From: the human T2T-CHM13v2.0 reference genome, Homo sapiens
NCBI RefSeq assembly: GCF_009914755.1
Contig: NC_060933.1
Direction: 5' to 3' (one strand)
Length of the DNA stretch: 64,000 nt
Every line of letters begins with the position of its first letter. The first letter of the stretch is position 1. A model generated the notes under the pieces. It ran no database searches. It saw only the letters and a list, made by a program, of their open reading frames with translations, and had not been told where the DNA came from. Both the position numbers and the translations under genes were made by a program. Below, piece by piece: positions 1 through 13,926 of the stretch.

Positions 1-596
1 TTAAATTAGTATACTTCCATTTCTCCCTTTGTGTCCTTTGTGCTATTATCTTTATACATGAACTTGTGATGAATCCCACAATACCTTATTATTAGTCTAT
101 GCTTTATGCAACTAATTATCTGTTTAAAGATGTCAAAAAGTAAAAAAGAAAATCATTTTATATTGAATAAGATATATATTATTTTGATGCCCTTCTGATG
201 TTAAAAGATTTTCCCATCTTGCCTCCTTGTTGCTTACCTGGAAAAGAATATTCTTTTACTTTATTTTATATTGCAGTTCTATTGAGGGGAAAAAAAGAAC
301 TCTCAGCTTTTGTTTATCTGCAAACATCTCCATTTAACCTTCAGTTTTGGAAAGCGATATTTTGAGCAATCTTCTTAAAGGCAATATTTGTAAGGTATAT
401 TTTAAAAGGTATTCTTTTTCCTTCAACATTTAAAAAATATTGATTCATTACCTATGCCCTTGCATTGTCTCTAATTATACTTCTATTGTTACTTTTACAT
501 TTTCCTCTTTATATAATATGTTCTTATTCTCTGTGATAGTTTAAGATTTTCTTTTTATTATTAATTTAGAAAATTGATTATTATATGTCTTTCTAG

Positions 597-633
<37 letters not shown>

Positions 634-1830
634 CTTGCTCGTGTTATATTATGCCTCTTTGTTCTAGATATTATTTTTTAATCAAAGATGCACTATTTAA
701 TATTTTGCTTTTTCAAATATTTTATGAAAACATCCTCCTTCTAGGATTTAAGTATAAAACTGCTTGAACTACACAAATATCTACCTCATAATAATGATAA
801 AGTAGTAAACAATAGTATTTGTGATATAGATATAAATATTGGCCTCTTATGTCTTATTTTCTTATTTTCAAACTTTTTTTTTCTCTGAGCTTATGTTTGG
901 ATTGACATATAGTCAATTTCATTGATCTTTTCTTCTTTGAACTGAAATATTCCATTAAACCTATCCTTTTACATTTTCATTTCAGATCTTATATTTTTCC
1001 ATTCTAGTATTCCCATCTAGTTTTTTTGAAAGTTTTAATTTTTTCAGCAATATTCCTCATCTCTTTGCTCATTAAATACATTTTTCCTTCAAATCCTTAA
1101 GCATCTCTATATTGGCTGTATAATAGCTATGTCCAAGTTCTTGACTCTAATTTCAACATCTCTAACATCTCGTGTTTTGTTCTTACTGAGTGTATTTTTC
1201 CTCATTTCGCCATTGTTTTCTACTTCTTCACATATCTACTTATTTTTTGACAAGAAGAACATAAAAATCCATCATCTTTGAGATTCTGGATTTTGTGGTT
1301 TTCGTTTAGAGAGTGCAAAATTTTCTTCTGGCAGGCAATTTGTTTCCTCATGTCTGAGCTTTAACCTCTGAAGATAGATTATAGTCATTTTTTTAGGTGG
1401 GTCTAGAGAAGTTCTTATTCCCGGGTTAAATTATTCTCCTTCCTCAATTGTGGCCCTTTTGGTGTATTACTTAAAAACCTAAAATATTAGATGAGATTCA
1501 TCCACTCTGGTTGATCAGAATGCCTGTTTTCTAACATTGTGTGACCTCTGAACCTCTGGTCATCTCAAAGCTTCCCGGTACTTGTTCTCTGATAGGTCTT
1601 GTAGAGTCTGACCCTCTGCATTCATGGTTTCGAATTTATGGTGCCCACTACACATTCTGGGACTTCTTCTCTATGCAGCTCCCTTTTTGGTGCTACCCCT
1701 TCCTACAAATTCCATCTACCTCAGCAGTCTTACACCCTGTTCATTCCATCTCACATCATTAGGTCTGTAACAATCTGCTTGTGCTTTACCTGTTGTACTA
1801 CAATCTAGAAATTTCCTTCCATACCAAAGT
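1..1830 (-). mobile_element. Ancient L1M (L1MC/ME-class) fragments
   Basis: T-rich degenerate sequence resembling antisense L1 ORF1/ORF2-start and 5' region; boundaries approximate. Confidence 0.55.
601..631 (+). repeat. (TG)15 microsatellite
   Basis: Perfect TG run. Confidence 0.98.
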
Positions 1831-2349
1831 TGGGGCTATCATGAGGACCATTTTCTCATAAATCATAAGCTTGTCCATCATATTAAGCAACATATGAAAA
1901 CTCTCATTGCATTTATTTTCTTTAGCTTTGTAGTTGTTTTGGGCAAGAGGACAAGTTTAGTATCATTTACTCCATCAAGACCTAAAGCAGCCACGTGAGT
2001 TTTGAAATGTGCCAGAATACTTCCCAACTGGAAGCTTATACTTCCAAAATATAATGTCCTCCCTTCTCCCATGTTCATTGTTTCAAGATATACTCTTTTG
2101 ATTATGACAATGATTACAAATTAGCTTTAATCTCTTATAGCAATCATTGATTTCATGTAAATTAAAGTGCATAGAAAGATGATTTAACCTGTGAGATGCA
2201 ATGCTGAAGACAGACAATGAGGAACAATAACAGAGAGTATTTTTTTTGCTCTTAAATATCACATAAATAAACTTCAATTAGATGTAAATAGCTTTAGACT
2301 TGTTGCTTTGTAGAAAATTAAATTTAGAAAGTAATTTAAGTACAACTGA

Positions 2350-2460
2350 GGCCACTTATTTTATCTTACAGATGGGGAAACTGAGTGCTAGAAATCCAAG
2401 GTTCATAAAGTTGGTAAGCAGTAGATTTTGGTCTTTTAAAATTTTTTATGCTTTCTACTT
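2350..2460 (+). mobile_element. MIR fragment
   Basis: MIR core motif ttacagatggggaaactgag. Confidence 0.65.
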
Positions 2461-2923
2461 CAATAATCTTTCTATTATTATTTGGTTCAACAAGACGCAT
2501 CAACTTATATAAAGTTGCAACTCCTTTTTTTGTTTTCTATAAACAGGCTACAGCAATTTAAAATCATGAGATTTAAGATTATTGTTTTTCTTTAAACTAA
2601 GTGACAAGTAAGTGATTGATGAAACACATATTTAACTGATTTGAGCATGCATGTTTCTAAGAAGGCCAGAAGCTTGCACAAACCTTATCCTGATCTTTCA
2701 GTGTGTGAACCTTGACCTTCAGTCTTATTGGAACAAATTGCCTCTTGAGCATTCTACTTAATTCAATTTCCATCTGTTTTAAAAATATAATAACAACATT
2801 TCTTGAGATAATTCAGTTATTATTCTATCAGAAGTGTAGAAATAACAGCCAGACTTAGGATGAAAAATAAAATCATATGAAATTCAATGACCTAATTGAC
2901 AACTGTTCTCTCTTTCTCTCAAA

Positions 2924-2963
2924 CACACACACACAAACATACACACACACACACACACACACA
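2924..2963 (+). repeat. Interrupted (CA)n microsatellite
   Basis: CA runs. Confidence 0.9.
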
Positions 2964-3911
2964 CCACATGCACCATGAGCTTTTTCTTTATTTCCTTATA
3001 AAAGCAATGGAGATTTTTTCTTTTTTAAAAAAATCTAATCTAGTTTGCGTTAGAATTGCTAGACTCAATATTATATAAATGAATGCAAGAGGAAAATGAT
3101 AACATTGTTTCCAATTTTTAGTTCTAGTACTGCCAATATGAGACCCACTGCCCAGATGGAAGTACTTTGTTGTATACAAATACTATATTACATTCTTACT
3201 ATGCACATTAGATTATAGAGAAACTTCTTTGTTACTTCATTTCACTCTCCCAAATATCCTGTTAGCAATTGTATCTATCTACATCTTACAGCCCTGTTAT
3301 ATTAAGAAAACTGGCCAAAGTTATATCACTAGAGAATGGTTGAAACTAAGTATTTAGATGTCAAAGCTATTAACTTTTAAAATATGTCATAATTTGCTCT
3401 TTCAGTTTAAAAAACACAGTGAAACTACATCAGAATTAACAAATGGAGTATTTTATGGGTAATTCAATTATGTCCTGATCTTGATAAGTTTTGCAACCTC
3501 GAATGGGCTGGCAAAAAATTCGGAGTATAATTAGCTCGGTTTTGAGTAAATCATTCTAACTTCACTAATAATACTTAGGGTAGGCCTGTGTTGCTAATGA
3601 ATGATATTATGGTTATAGGACAAAGAAATAGTTGCATCCTAATTTTATTTATTCTCTGTTTGTTTAAAGGATTCCCCAAATGATAAACACATAAAAGATA
3701 ATGGCAAATGAAATACAAACTACTTTTAATTACTTGCCAAACTCTTACCTCAAATGCCAATGAAAATGATTACAACAATCTGTGGAGTGGCAGATACTTT
3801 AACTTAAATGCTAAAATTTGAAATGCACCAGACTTGAGGGACTCTCCCTTCTCTTAAGTTAAAACCCAAACATGCACTTCTGAAATTTCATCAAAGACAA
3901 AAAAGTACATC

Positions 3912-4264
3912 TTATGAACTGAATGTTTGTATCCACCTCAAAGTTCACATGTTGAAAGTTCTACCCCTCAAGGTGATGGTTTTAGGAGGTACAACCTTTG
4001 AGAGGTGATTAGGTCACTAAAGTAGAGCCTTCAGGAATGGGATTTGTTTTCTCATAGAAGAGACCCTAAAAGCGTATTGACTGTTCTACCACGTGAGGAC
4101 ATGGCAAGAAGGCACTAGAAAGTGGACCTTCACCAGACACTGAATCTGCTGAAAACTTGATCGTGGACTTTGCAGCCCCCGGAACTGTGGGCAATATATT
4201 ACCATTGTTTATAAGTCACCCAGTTTATGGTATTTTGTTACAGCAGCCTGAATAGACTAAGACA
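3912..4264 (+). mobile_element. MaLR LTR, MLT1A-like
   Basis: Starts tatgaactgaatgtttg, contains ggtgattaggtc, ends gcagcctgaatagactaagaca. Confidence 0.85.
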
Positions 4265-4789
4265 GTGCATGAATGCGTACCAGCCAGCTTAAGAAAAATA
4301 ATATAGGACTTTTACGGGAGACCTTGTGGCATTTTACATATCTTGATGGACACATGAGGGAAGAAAGACTAGCCTCTTGTAAATGACATTTAAATAATCA
4401 GTGACCGTTCTCTTTATTAAATATGGCTGAATCCCTTTCTTAGAATATGACACATCATATAAACAATACTTGATAAACTAGAGACTTAATGAATAATTGA
4501 AAAACAAATATATTTTCCTTTCTATAGACTTTCAAGGTTGGATATGAAAAAGAAAAATTAATGAAAAAAATGACATTCCCAAATAGAATTTACAGAATTC
4601 ACAAACTATCAATAACCTTTATTAAATAATCAAATACAAACCTTAGTTATTTCATTTTGGATATGGTAGAACAGTCAATCCAAATGTGATCAGCTCATCA
4701 TATATCAAATATATGTTACATGAAATGTAATCAAGAACTCTGAAATTTTACTTAATTCTATTTCTAGAAATATCTAATTAATTAATGTT

Positions 4790-4918
4790 TTAGAGACACC
4801 GTCTCACTGTCTCTAGGCTGGAGTGCCATGGTGCCAATGTAGCTCACTGCAGCCTTGAACTCCTGGGCTCAAGCAATCCTCCCACCTCAGACCCCTCAGT
4901 ATCTGGGATTACAGGTGT
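4790..4918 (-). mobile_element. Alu monomer (FLAM/AluJ fragment)
   Basis: gctcactgcagccttgaactcctgggctcaagcaatcctcccacctcag...gggattacagg. Confidence 0.85.
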
Positions 4919-4921
4919 CTT

Positions 4922-5232
4922 AATTGTCAACATGATAGTATTAAGCAGTGGGGCCATTGGAGGGTGATTAAGTTATGAGAGCACAGCCTTCATGATTGGG
5001 ATTAGTCAACTTATAAAAGAGATGCAAGAGAGCTGTTTGCCCCTTTTCCCACGTGAGAACACAGTAAGAGTCACCATCTATGAAGCATAGTATGAGCCTT
5101 CACCAGACAGCTAATCTACTCATAACTTGACAGTGAACTTCCCAGACTCCAAAACTGTGAGAAATAAATTTCTATAATTTATAAATTACCCAGTCTAAAG
5201 TATTTTGTTATATCAGCCTGGATGGACTAAGA
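4922..5232 (+). mobile_element. MaLR LTR, MLT1A/MSTD-like, 5' truncated
   Basis: aaataaatttct...ataaattacccagtctaaagtattttgtta...gactaaga 3' end. Confidence 0.8.
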
Positions 5233-5829
5233 TTATATTTATATGTATATACAATGTATACATGTGTATATATAAACATACGTACATACAATGCATACAT
5301 GTATATATATAAATGCACATGCACATATATATGGAAATAATATTCTTTATATATGTCTAGGAAAATCTCTTGGAGAACTGAAAAATAAGCACACATACAC
5401 ATATACACCAAGCTTATGGACAGTAGAATGTTTTAAGAAAGAGCTATGATGTCTAGTTTGGAAGCAAATGAGAAGATCCTATTCTTATTTAGGAGATATA
5501 AAAATAACTAAATAGATAAAAATGACTGAATTAGGAAAAAGACTGAATGCCATGGGCTGATTGTTAAGAGACATGCTTGAATGTTTGGAATATCCACAAA
5601 CTTATGTTTATTTAATGTAAGCAGTTAGCCTTCTGATTCTCATATTCCACATATCCACAAATAAGACTCAAAACTTTATTCTGTATTATCAAAACACAAA
5701 ACAAATGTAAATGGAATTTAAAAGCCAAAGATGCTACAAAGATTTTGACTACATGATGACATCAAAAAGACAATGAAGTTGATATTGAATAAGACAAAGG
5801 ACAAAATGTGATGTAACAGATATCATCAA

Positions 5830-6272
5830 TACTCTACCAAGCTCTCCTTGGATCCTTCATGCAGGCCCTGCGTGCTCTGCTCTGTCTTCTGTGTGATTCG
5901 TTTCTAACAGTGAGCACCTGTGACTAACTTTGAGGATGACTGTTGCATTATCACAGCACTTGCTTGGAAGGTGCAGATACTCAAAAGTATTAGACAGTCT
6001 TTATCTGCCTGTGACTGTTCTTAGCCAATGACTCTCTATTGTAGGAGTTTCAACGCCTAGCTCCTTGGCCACAAGTACACAAATTCCAATAATAAGCTAC
6101 ACAAGAGCTTTCCCCAGGGGCTTCCCTCAAGCATTCTTCCTTGAAATCGCTCAATTGCTTCGCATCCTCTTCTGCTCTGTCCTAATCTCCTATTACCTTA
6201 CTAGATTGTTCTGGAAAGTCATGAGGACATAGTTATCTCAGGGTCTTCTTTTGGGAAACTCAAAATAAGACA
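5830..6272 (+). mobile_element. ERVL LTR, LTR16-like
   Basis: 3' end ctcagggtcttcttttgggaaactcaaaataagaca; internal ttagccaatgac. Confidence 0.6.
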
Positions 6273-7220
6273 GATGATGATTCCTCCTATTATATATCAC
6301 TTTACGGTTTTCTTTATTATATTACTTTATCTTCAATTCATCTTGTGAGGTGTTTATTTCAAAAATGGAAAAGGTGACCCTATAAAGATTAAGTGATTAA
6401 CCTGATATCATACAACAATTCAAGTGCAAAGTCAAAACTTGAACCTTTCTCAGAATGTTAGAATATATATATATTTTCAGTGACATGTATCCAAGTGTAT
6501 ATTATTACAGAACACTTTAGTTTGCAAGATAGCTCCCCTTGTTTGATTGGAAAATCTTGGCTTAATATCAAACACCATGGAGATATAAGAAAAAACAACA
6601 ATTTTAGGGAAAGATAAGTTTATTTTACTTGCATATAATATCTGAAGATGTAAGATCTTATGAAATAAAATTTTTAACAAATTGTCTTATTTGTTACTAA
6701 TAGTAAGTGTCAAGTTGAATGACCCTTAAATAAAAGAAAAACATGGATAAATTACATTTCTCCAAGAGACAATAAAAACATCCTTTTTAAGTATCTATCA
6801 CTCTATCCAATCTGATGGACACTTAAAATATCACCTCTAGTGATTGCATTTGAAAGAAAATTACTTGAACATTTTAATCTTTTATAAGTTTATAAGTAAT
6901 AAACTGAAAATCTAAAGACATTGATTAAATAAATGGACTACTTGGTTACAAAAACAAATGTTAACATTGACTTTTTTTCTTAATTTCTGAATATTGATGT
7001 AAACTGACTGCCTACCATTAAAAAAACTAACCAGTTGTGCTTACCTAGCTGTTTTCTGGAAGTATAAGTGAGAGGCAGAGGATCTTAGTTTTTGATCATT
7101 TTCTGTTTTGCTAAGAACTCTTGAATTCTACAGAATATCTAGAGTAAAAGGAATATGGTCCCTGTGCCAATTGTTTAAACTCTGCAGTAATCAGGAATAC
7201 ACAACCTTTTAAAAAAATGT

Positions 7221-7516
7221 GCCGGCTGCGGTGGCTCATGCCTGTAATCCTAGCACTTTAGGAGGCGGAGGCAGGAGGATCACCTGAGGTCAGGAGTTCG
7301 AGACCAGTTTGGCCAACACGGTGAAACCCTGTCTTTACTAAAAATACAAAAAAATTAGCTGTGCGTGGTGGCAGGTGCCTGTAATCCCAGTACTTGGGAG
7401 GCTGAGGCAGGAAAATCACTTGAACTCGGGATGCAGAGGTTTCAGTGAGCCAAGATCACACCATTGCAATCCAGCCTGGGCAACAAAAGGAAAACTCTGT
7501 CTAAAAAAAAAAAAAA
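7221..7516 (+). mobile_element. AluS (Sq/Sx-like)
   Basis: Full dimeric Alu with A tail; TSD aaaaaaatg. Confidence 0.95.
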
Positions 7517-7522
7517 TGCGTT

Positions 7523-10500
7523 GATGATTCTACCTTTAGTCAAGATAGAGTAACTGCTACTGGACTGAGTCTCTTAAAGCAAAAATAGAGAACTGGACAA
7601 AATGTATGAAATAAGTGTCTTCAGACATTGGACAGAATTCTGATCTCTGAGTAAAAGAGAAGCTCAAGTGAGTTAAATGATTGCTCCAGTTTTCTACCAA
7701 AAGTCATTTCCCCAGCTGTAGCATAAAAGAGGCACAGTTTAGTAGTCTTATTGAGATGACACAAAGGAATGAATTTGGAGAGGCTAAAGTGGTTGACATA
7801 TGTAGGGCAAATTATCAAAGTGAAGAGTACTCAAGAACCTACATAGAGTCTCCCTCAGTCTATTATTGCTAAATATCAGTCTCTAAATGTGCAGGATTAG
7901 AATGTAGGAGACTGTGCAAGGAAAAATCATTGGTGATAGAACAATACTTATGAGTCGAACAACTCCCAGAGTTCACAAACATTTGGGAAGCACCCAAGTT
8001 CTGATTACACAAAAAGGAAGAACCATTGTGAATACCTGGAGCATTCTTTAAAGAACCCAGAAAGCCCAAAACCTTAGAGTAGAAATAAACTACCCTGAAG
8101 TAAAGTTGTTTGGTGGGAAAATATTGGCTTAATATCAAACACCATAGATATATAAGATGAAAACAATTTTAGAGAAATATAAGTTTATTTTACTTGTCTA
8201 TGATATTTGGAGACATAAGACCCCGTGAAACACGTAGACATGCTAGCAAAACTTAAAACCAGTAAATTACCTGCTTTCTTAAAAAATCCACATTGGTTAA
8301 AGAAATACAACAATATCCAGCACGAATCAGTCAGTAGCAACAAAGCAAGAAATATTAGAGATGATAAGATTAGTAGATGAGGCCTTAAAGCACACATTAT
8401 AAATATGTGCAAGGACTTAAAGGAAACATAAATACAATGAAAAGTAAAAACAAAAAAATTTAAAGACCAAGGGGGAAATATCTAAAGTTGATAAATATAT
8501 GTAAAATGAAAAATCACAAGGTAAGCTTAAAAAAATTGGATATTATAGGAAAAAAATAAAGATATTTCAGTTGAAACCAAATAAAATGCAAAGAGAAAAA
8601 TGACTGAAATAAATGAACAGACCCTCAGTAAACTCTGGGGCAACATCGAGAATTGTAACAAAAGTGTAATTGGAGTAGCAGAAGGAAATGGAAGAAAATG
8701 GAAAAGAAGCATTCAAAATGGCTTAAAATTTCTAAAAATATATGAAGCCATGTATCCACGTAGACCAACAGATCTGAAGGAGGAGAAACACAAATAAAAT
8801 CATAACAATGGACATAATGATTAAGTTGCTGAGTGCTAATTTTATATATATATATATATATAAAACTTAAATAGTCAAGATAGAAAGCTGAAGCTTTATG
8901 GGCTTAAAGTATCAGAGGACACAGTTTGAGATAACCTGGATTCTCTAGAAGCATGGGAACCACAGAGAAGGGGAGCAACTCTGAATAGGTATTTTAAAAA
9001 TCAAATTCTTGGCCAATCGTCAAATAATTCAGGTCCACGTGAGGATCTTAGAGATTGGCAGGAAAATAAGGAGCAGTTGGAAGCTACATGAACAGAACAG
9101 AGACATCATCAAGTGCAATAATGGGGGAGACAAAATTTGCAGTTTAAGTTTTGTAACATTAACTCTATTAAAACAAAAGCAACAAGAATCTTCAGAAGAA
9201 GCTAACAGAATTCAGAGGCACCATGATTTATTTTATGTAATGTCCAGTTTAATTTTCAACCCAAAGTATTAGACACAAAAAGATTCTGAACAGTGTGACA
9301 CATTTCCAGGAAAAAAAGAATTCAGTCAATAAAAAAAAATGAGTGTCATTGAGATCAGAGATCAGATTGAAGCAACAAATAACTACAAAAATTACTAAAA
9401 ATATGTGAAGAAAAATATGGTTTTGTATCAGTGTGTAAACATGTAAGTATTCTAACAATTAAAGCTAACTTAATAAACATTTTACAGCTAAAAACTAAGT
9501 AGCCAAAATTAATTATTTACTGAATGCGTTTGTTAACACATTGTGTCTATCAGAAGAAAAGGACTAGTGAACTTGAATAAAAACTAGTAACATTTTCATT
9601 ATTGGAATAATAGGGAAAATATATATTTTTTTCAAACTTTATTTTAAGTTCAAGAGTACAAGTGCAGGTTTGTTACATAGGGAAACTTGTGTCATGGGGG
9701 TTTGTTGTACAGATTATTTCATCACTCAGGTATTAAGCCTAGTACCCATTAGTTATTTTTCCTGATCCTCTCCCTGCTCTCACCCTTCAGCCTCCGAAAG
9801 GCCCCAGTGTCTGTTGCTCCCCTCGATATATCCATATGTTCTCATCATTTAGCTCCCACTTAGGAGTGAGAACATGTGTGTATTTAGTGTTCTGTTTCTG
9901 TGTTAGTTTGCTAAGGATAATGGCCTCCAGCTCCATCTATAGCCCTGTAAAGGACATGATCTCATTTTTTATTAGGGCTGCATAGTATTCCATGGTGTAT
10001 CTGTATTACGTTTTCTTTATCCAGTCTATCGCTGGTGGCCATTGATAGATGGCCAGTCTATCACTGATGGCCAAAGATTTAATTTTTTGTGAATTAAATC
10101 TTTGCTATTGTGAATAGTGCTGCACTAAACATACGTTTGCATGTGTCTTTATAATAGAGAGATTTATATTCCTTTGGGCATATGCCCAGTAATAGGATTG
10201 CGGGGTCAAATGGAGAAAATATTAAAGAAGAATCTTAGCAGAAATAATAGCTAAATATATTCCAATTGTGTTTGAAAAACATTAACATGCAAGTTAAAGA
10301 AGCTCAACAAACATCAAGTAGGATAAACTCTAAGAAAATACTTTTGCATCAAGTCAAAACCAAAACACTAAAGTCTGAAGATAAAGAAAAAACCTGGAAT
10401 ACTCTGAAAAAAATATATATTGCTTTAAGGAACAACACTATGATTAATAGCCAATATTAATAATTATGAAGATCAGAGAACATTGGAATAACACATTTAA

Positions 10501-11690
10501 AGCAATGAAATAAACAGTCAAAAATTTTACATACATAAAAACTATCCTTTAAAAAGCAAGGTAAAATATTTTCAAATAAACAAAACTGACATGACCAGCT
10601 GTCAGCAGATATTCCCTACCTTAAATTAAAGAAAAATCTTATGTCTGAAGGGAAATGTTAACAGAGAGCAACTCAGATGTACAGGAGGAAATGAAAAGCA
10701 CTAGAAATAGTAAATATGTGAATAGATATAAACACATACAAATATACATAGAGTTATTTTATAAATTTATGGAAGAAAAATGCCTATTTAAAGCAAAATA
10801 TAACTTTTTTGTTTTTATGAAATTTTAAAATTTAATATATGATAATAGTTATAAGCATTGGGGTTAGGCATGGAGCATATTGTTTACAGTCCTCTATTTT
10901 ATCTGAAATAATTCATTATTAACTCTAAATATATTGGGTTAAATTAAAGATGCATATCATCACTCTTAGAACAACCACTCAAACATTATACAATGAGATG
11001 CAGCTCAATGAACAACTGGAAAATATTAAAAATACCATTTACAATAGCATTAAAAACCATAAAAATTGAAATAAATGTAATTAAAAATGCTTTACACTAA
11101 AATTTTAAAAATAATGATGACAGAAATCAAGTAAGACCACATAAATGAAGAGATTTACTGTGTGTACTACTGGAAGACCCAATATTTTAAATGTAGGAGT
11201 TCACTTGGAATTATCTATAGATTTAGGACAACTTTAATAAAAATACTGATACATGTTTTTGTCGACATTAATAGCTTAATTTAAAAATATCTGGAAATTC
11301 AAATCACCTAGGCTATCCAAGACAATTTTGAAAAAGAGCTATTTTGGGAGACTCAAACTGTTTTTGTGTCTTACTATAAAACTCCATTAATCAATGCAGC
11401 TTGATATTGGAAAGCAATATATTCCAGAAATATATCTACATTTATATTTGTAGACCAAGAACTTTGACTAAGTTACCAAACAATTCAATGGGAAAAACAA
11501 TATTTTTAACAAATTTTAACAAGTGTACCGCACGAGAGTAACTGTACATGCGTATGGGTAAGATGAATTTTGATAGCTACCTCACATAATGTACAAACAA
11601 TACTTTGTGGCATCATGGACGTACATGTAAAATATAAAACTATGTAGGAAGCAGCAGAAAACAAAATAGGAGATCATCTTTAAAAATTTT
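7523..11690 (+). mobile_element. Old L1M (L1MC/MD-class) 5' region, ORF1 and ORF2 remnants
   Basis: ORF 8600-8797 (EINEQTLSKLWGNIENCNKSVIGVAEG) and ORF 10266-10460 resemble L1 ORF1p; ORF2 remnants around 11000-11690; interrupted by L1PA 9626-10213. Confidence 0.75.
9626..10213 (-). mobile_element. L1PA15/16-like 3' end
   Basis: Antisense L1 3'UTR (ttttattttaagttcaagagtacaagtgcaggtttgttacatag); probable TSD gaaaatat at 9615 and 10215. Confidence 0.9.
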
Positions 11691-11691
11691 A

Positions 11692-12260
11692 TGTGAAAGC
11701 CATCTTCTAAAATGGCTCCCAGTAATTCCCATCTTCTGGTATTCACAACCTTAGGTTACCTCTTCTTGAGAGTGGATTGAATCAAGTGACTGACTTTGAA
11801 TAAATAGAATACTACCACATCCAAGATTAGATTACAAAGGAGTATAACATTCTGTTTTGCTTGTCTTCCTTGTGACGTCTGCTGAAACAAGCAGCTATGT
11901 TCTGAGGTGTTATATAGAGAGGCCACAAACTGAGGCCCTCAATCTAGCAGACCATGAGTAGCTGAGTCCTGCTAATATCCACATGCCTGAGCTTGGATGT
12001 AAATCCTTCCTTAGCTGACCCTTGAAATGATGGCAGCCCCATCAGACCCCTGGAAAGCATCCTTGTAAAACAACAATAACAGCAACAACAAGAATTGAGC
12101 TGTGCTAAGGGTGTTTGACCCTAAGAAAATCTGTATAATAAATACTTCCTTTCAGTTATAATAAATTCATTTTAATAAATGTAAACTGTGGGATAATAAA
12201 TATGGCTTTTTTAAGATGATAAGCTTTGGTGCAGTCACATAGTAATAGACAACTAATACA
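11692..12260 (+). mobile_element. MaLR LTR, MLT1F/G-like
   Basis: 5' aaaatggctcccagtaattcccatcttctggtattcac; 3' agtaatagacaactaataca. Confidence 0.8.
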
Positions 12261-12548
12261 CTTGGAATGAACAATTTTAGGCAGGACACAGAACACACAA
12301 GCTATAAAAGAAAATAAAAGTATAGACTTCATTGAAATTTAAAAATTCTCAAGAAACCACTAAGAAAATGAACAGACAGACCACAAACTGCCAAGAATTG
12401 AAACTACAATGAGATACCACTGCCATTCACTGGTATTATTTTAAAACTTAAAAGACAATATCAAATACAAAGGGTGGAATAACTTGACTCTCATATATTG
12501 CTTTTGGGAATAAAATCATACATTACAAATACATTAGAAAATGGTTTA

Positions 12549-12824
<276 letters not shown>

Positions 12825-12828
12825 CTAG

Positions 12829-13282
12829 TATAGTGAGCAGTGTTGCCCCCCAAATTTATGTTCATCTGGAACCTCAGACTGTTACCTAATTTAGAAAGAG
12901 AATATTTGCACATGTTTTTAGTTAAAGATCTTGAAATAAAAGCATCCTGGATTTAGAGTGGGCTCTAAGTTCATTGATTGGTGTCTTTATGAGGGAAAGG
13001 AAAGGGAAGATTAGGAAATAAAGAAATCAAAAAGAAGTCCACGTGAAGATGGAAGCCAACATTGGAGTGGTACAGCACAATCTAAGAAATATCAAGGATT
13101 GATGGGAGGTCCCAGAAGCTATGAAAAGGCAAGGAAGTGTTCTTCCCTAGAACCTTCAGAGGAACGTGGCTCTGCCAACACCGTGATCTCAGACTTTTGG
13201 CCAATGTGAAAGAATAAATTTCCATTGTTTTAAACTATGAAGTGTGTGGTAATTTGTTATAGCAACCCTAGAAAACTAATAT
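12829..13282 (+). mobile_element. MaLR LTR, MLT1B/C-like
   Basis: ggaacctcag...ccacgtgaagatggaag...gcaaccctagaaaactaata. Confidence 0.85.
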
Positions 13283-13926
13283 GTACTCCTAGGTATTTAC
13301 CCAAGAGAAAGGAAAATATATATCCACAAACAGACTTGAACACTAATGTTCATAATGGTTTTATTCATAACAGCCAAAAATTGTGAGCCATCTATAGGTT
13401 CCTTGACAACAGAATGGATACATAAATTGTGGTATATTTATATGATGGAATACAAATCAGTATATTAAAAAACCCACAAACAAACAAACAAACAAAAAAT
13501 CCTCATTACAAACACATGCAACAACACAAAGAAACCTCTAAACATATGTTGCATGAAAATAAAGCCAGTCACATAAGAATATCTTTTGTATGCTTTTATT
13601 TATATGAAGCACTAGAATAGGCAATCAGAGCTTTGGTTGCCTCAGCAATAGTGGGAGGCATAATTAATGGGAAATGACATGAAGGAAATTTATGGAGTGA
13701 TGGGAATGTTCTACACTTTGATAAGAGTGTGGATTATGCTAGTATAACATTTATGATTTGTGCATTTCTCTATGGAAAAATTATATCTAAATTACATTGA
13801 AACTACTTCAGTTAAAAAGCAAAAAATATTTTGCAGCACAAAAATAGATAATACAAGACAGTATATGCTAGAAGATAAGACTGGGAGCCAGAATACAAAC
13901 ATTATTTTAGGCAATATATGATGTGC

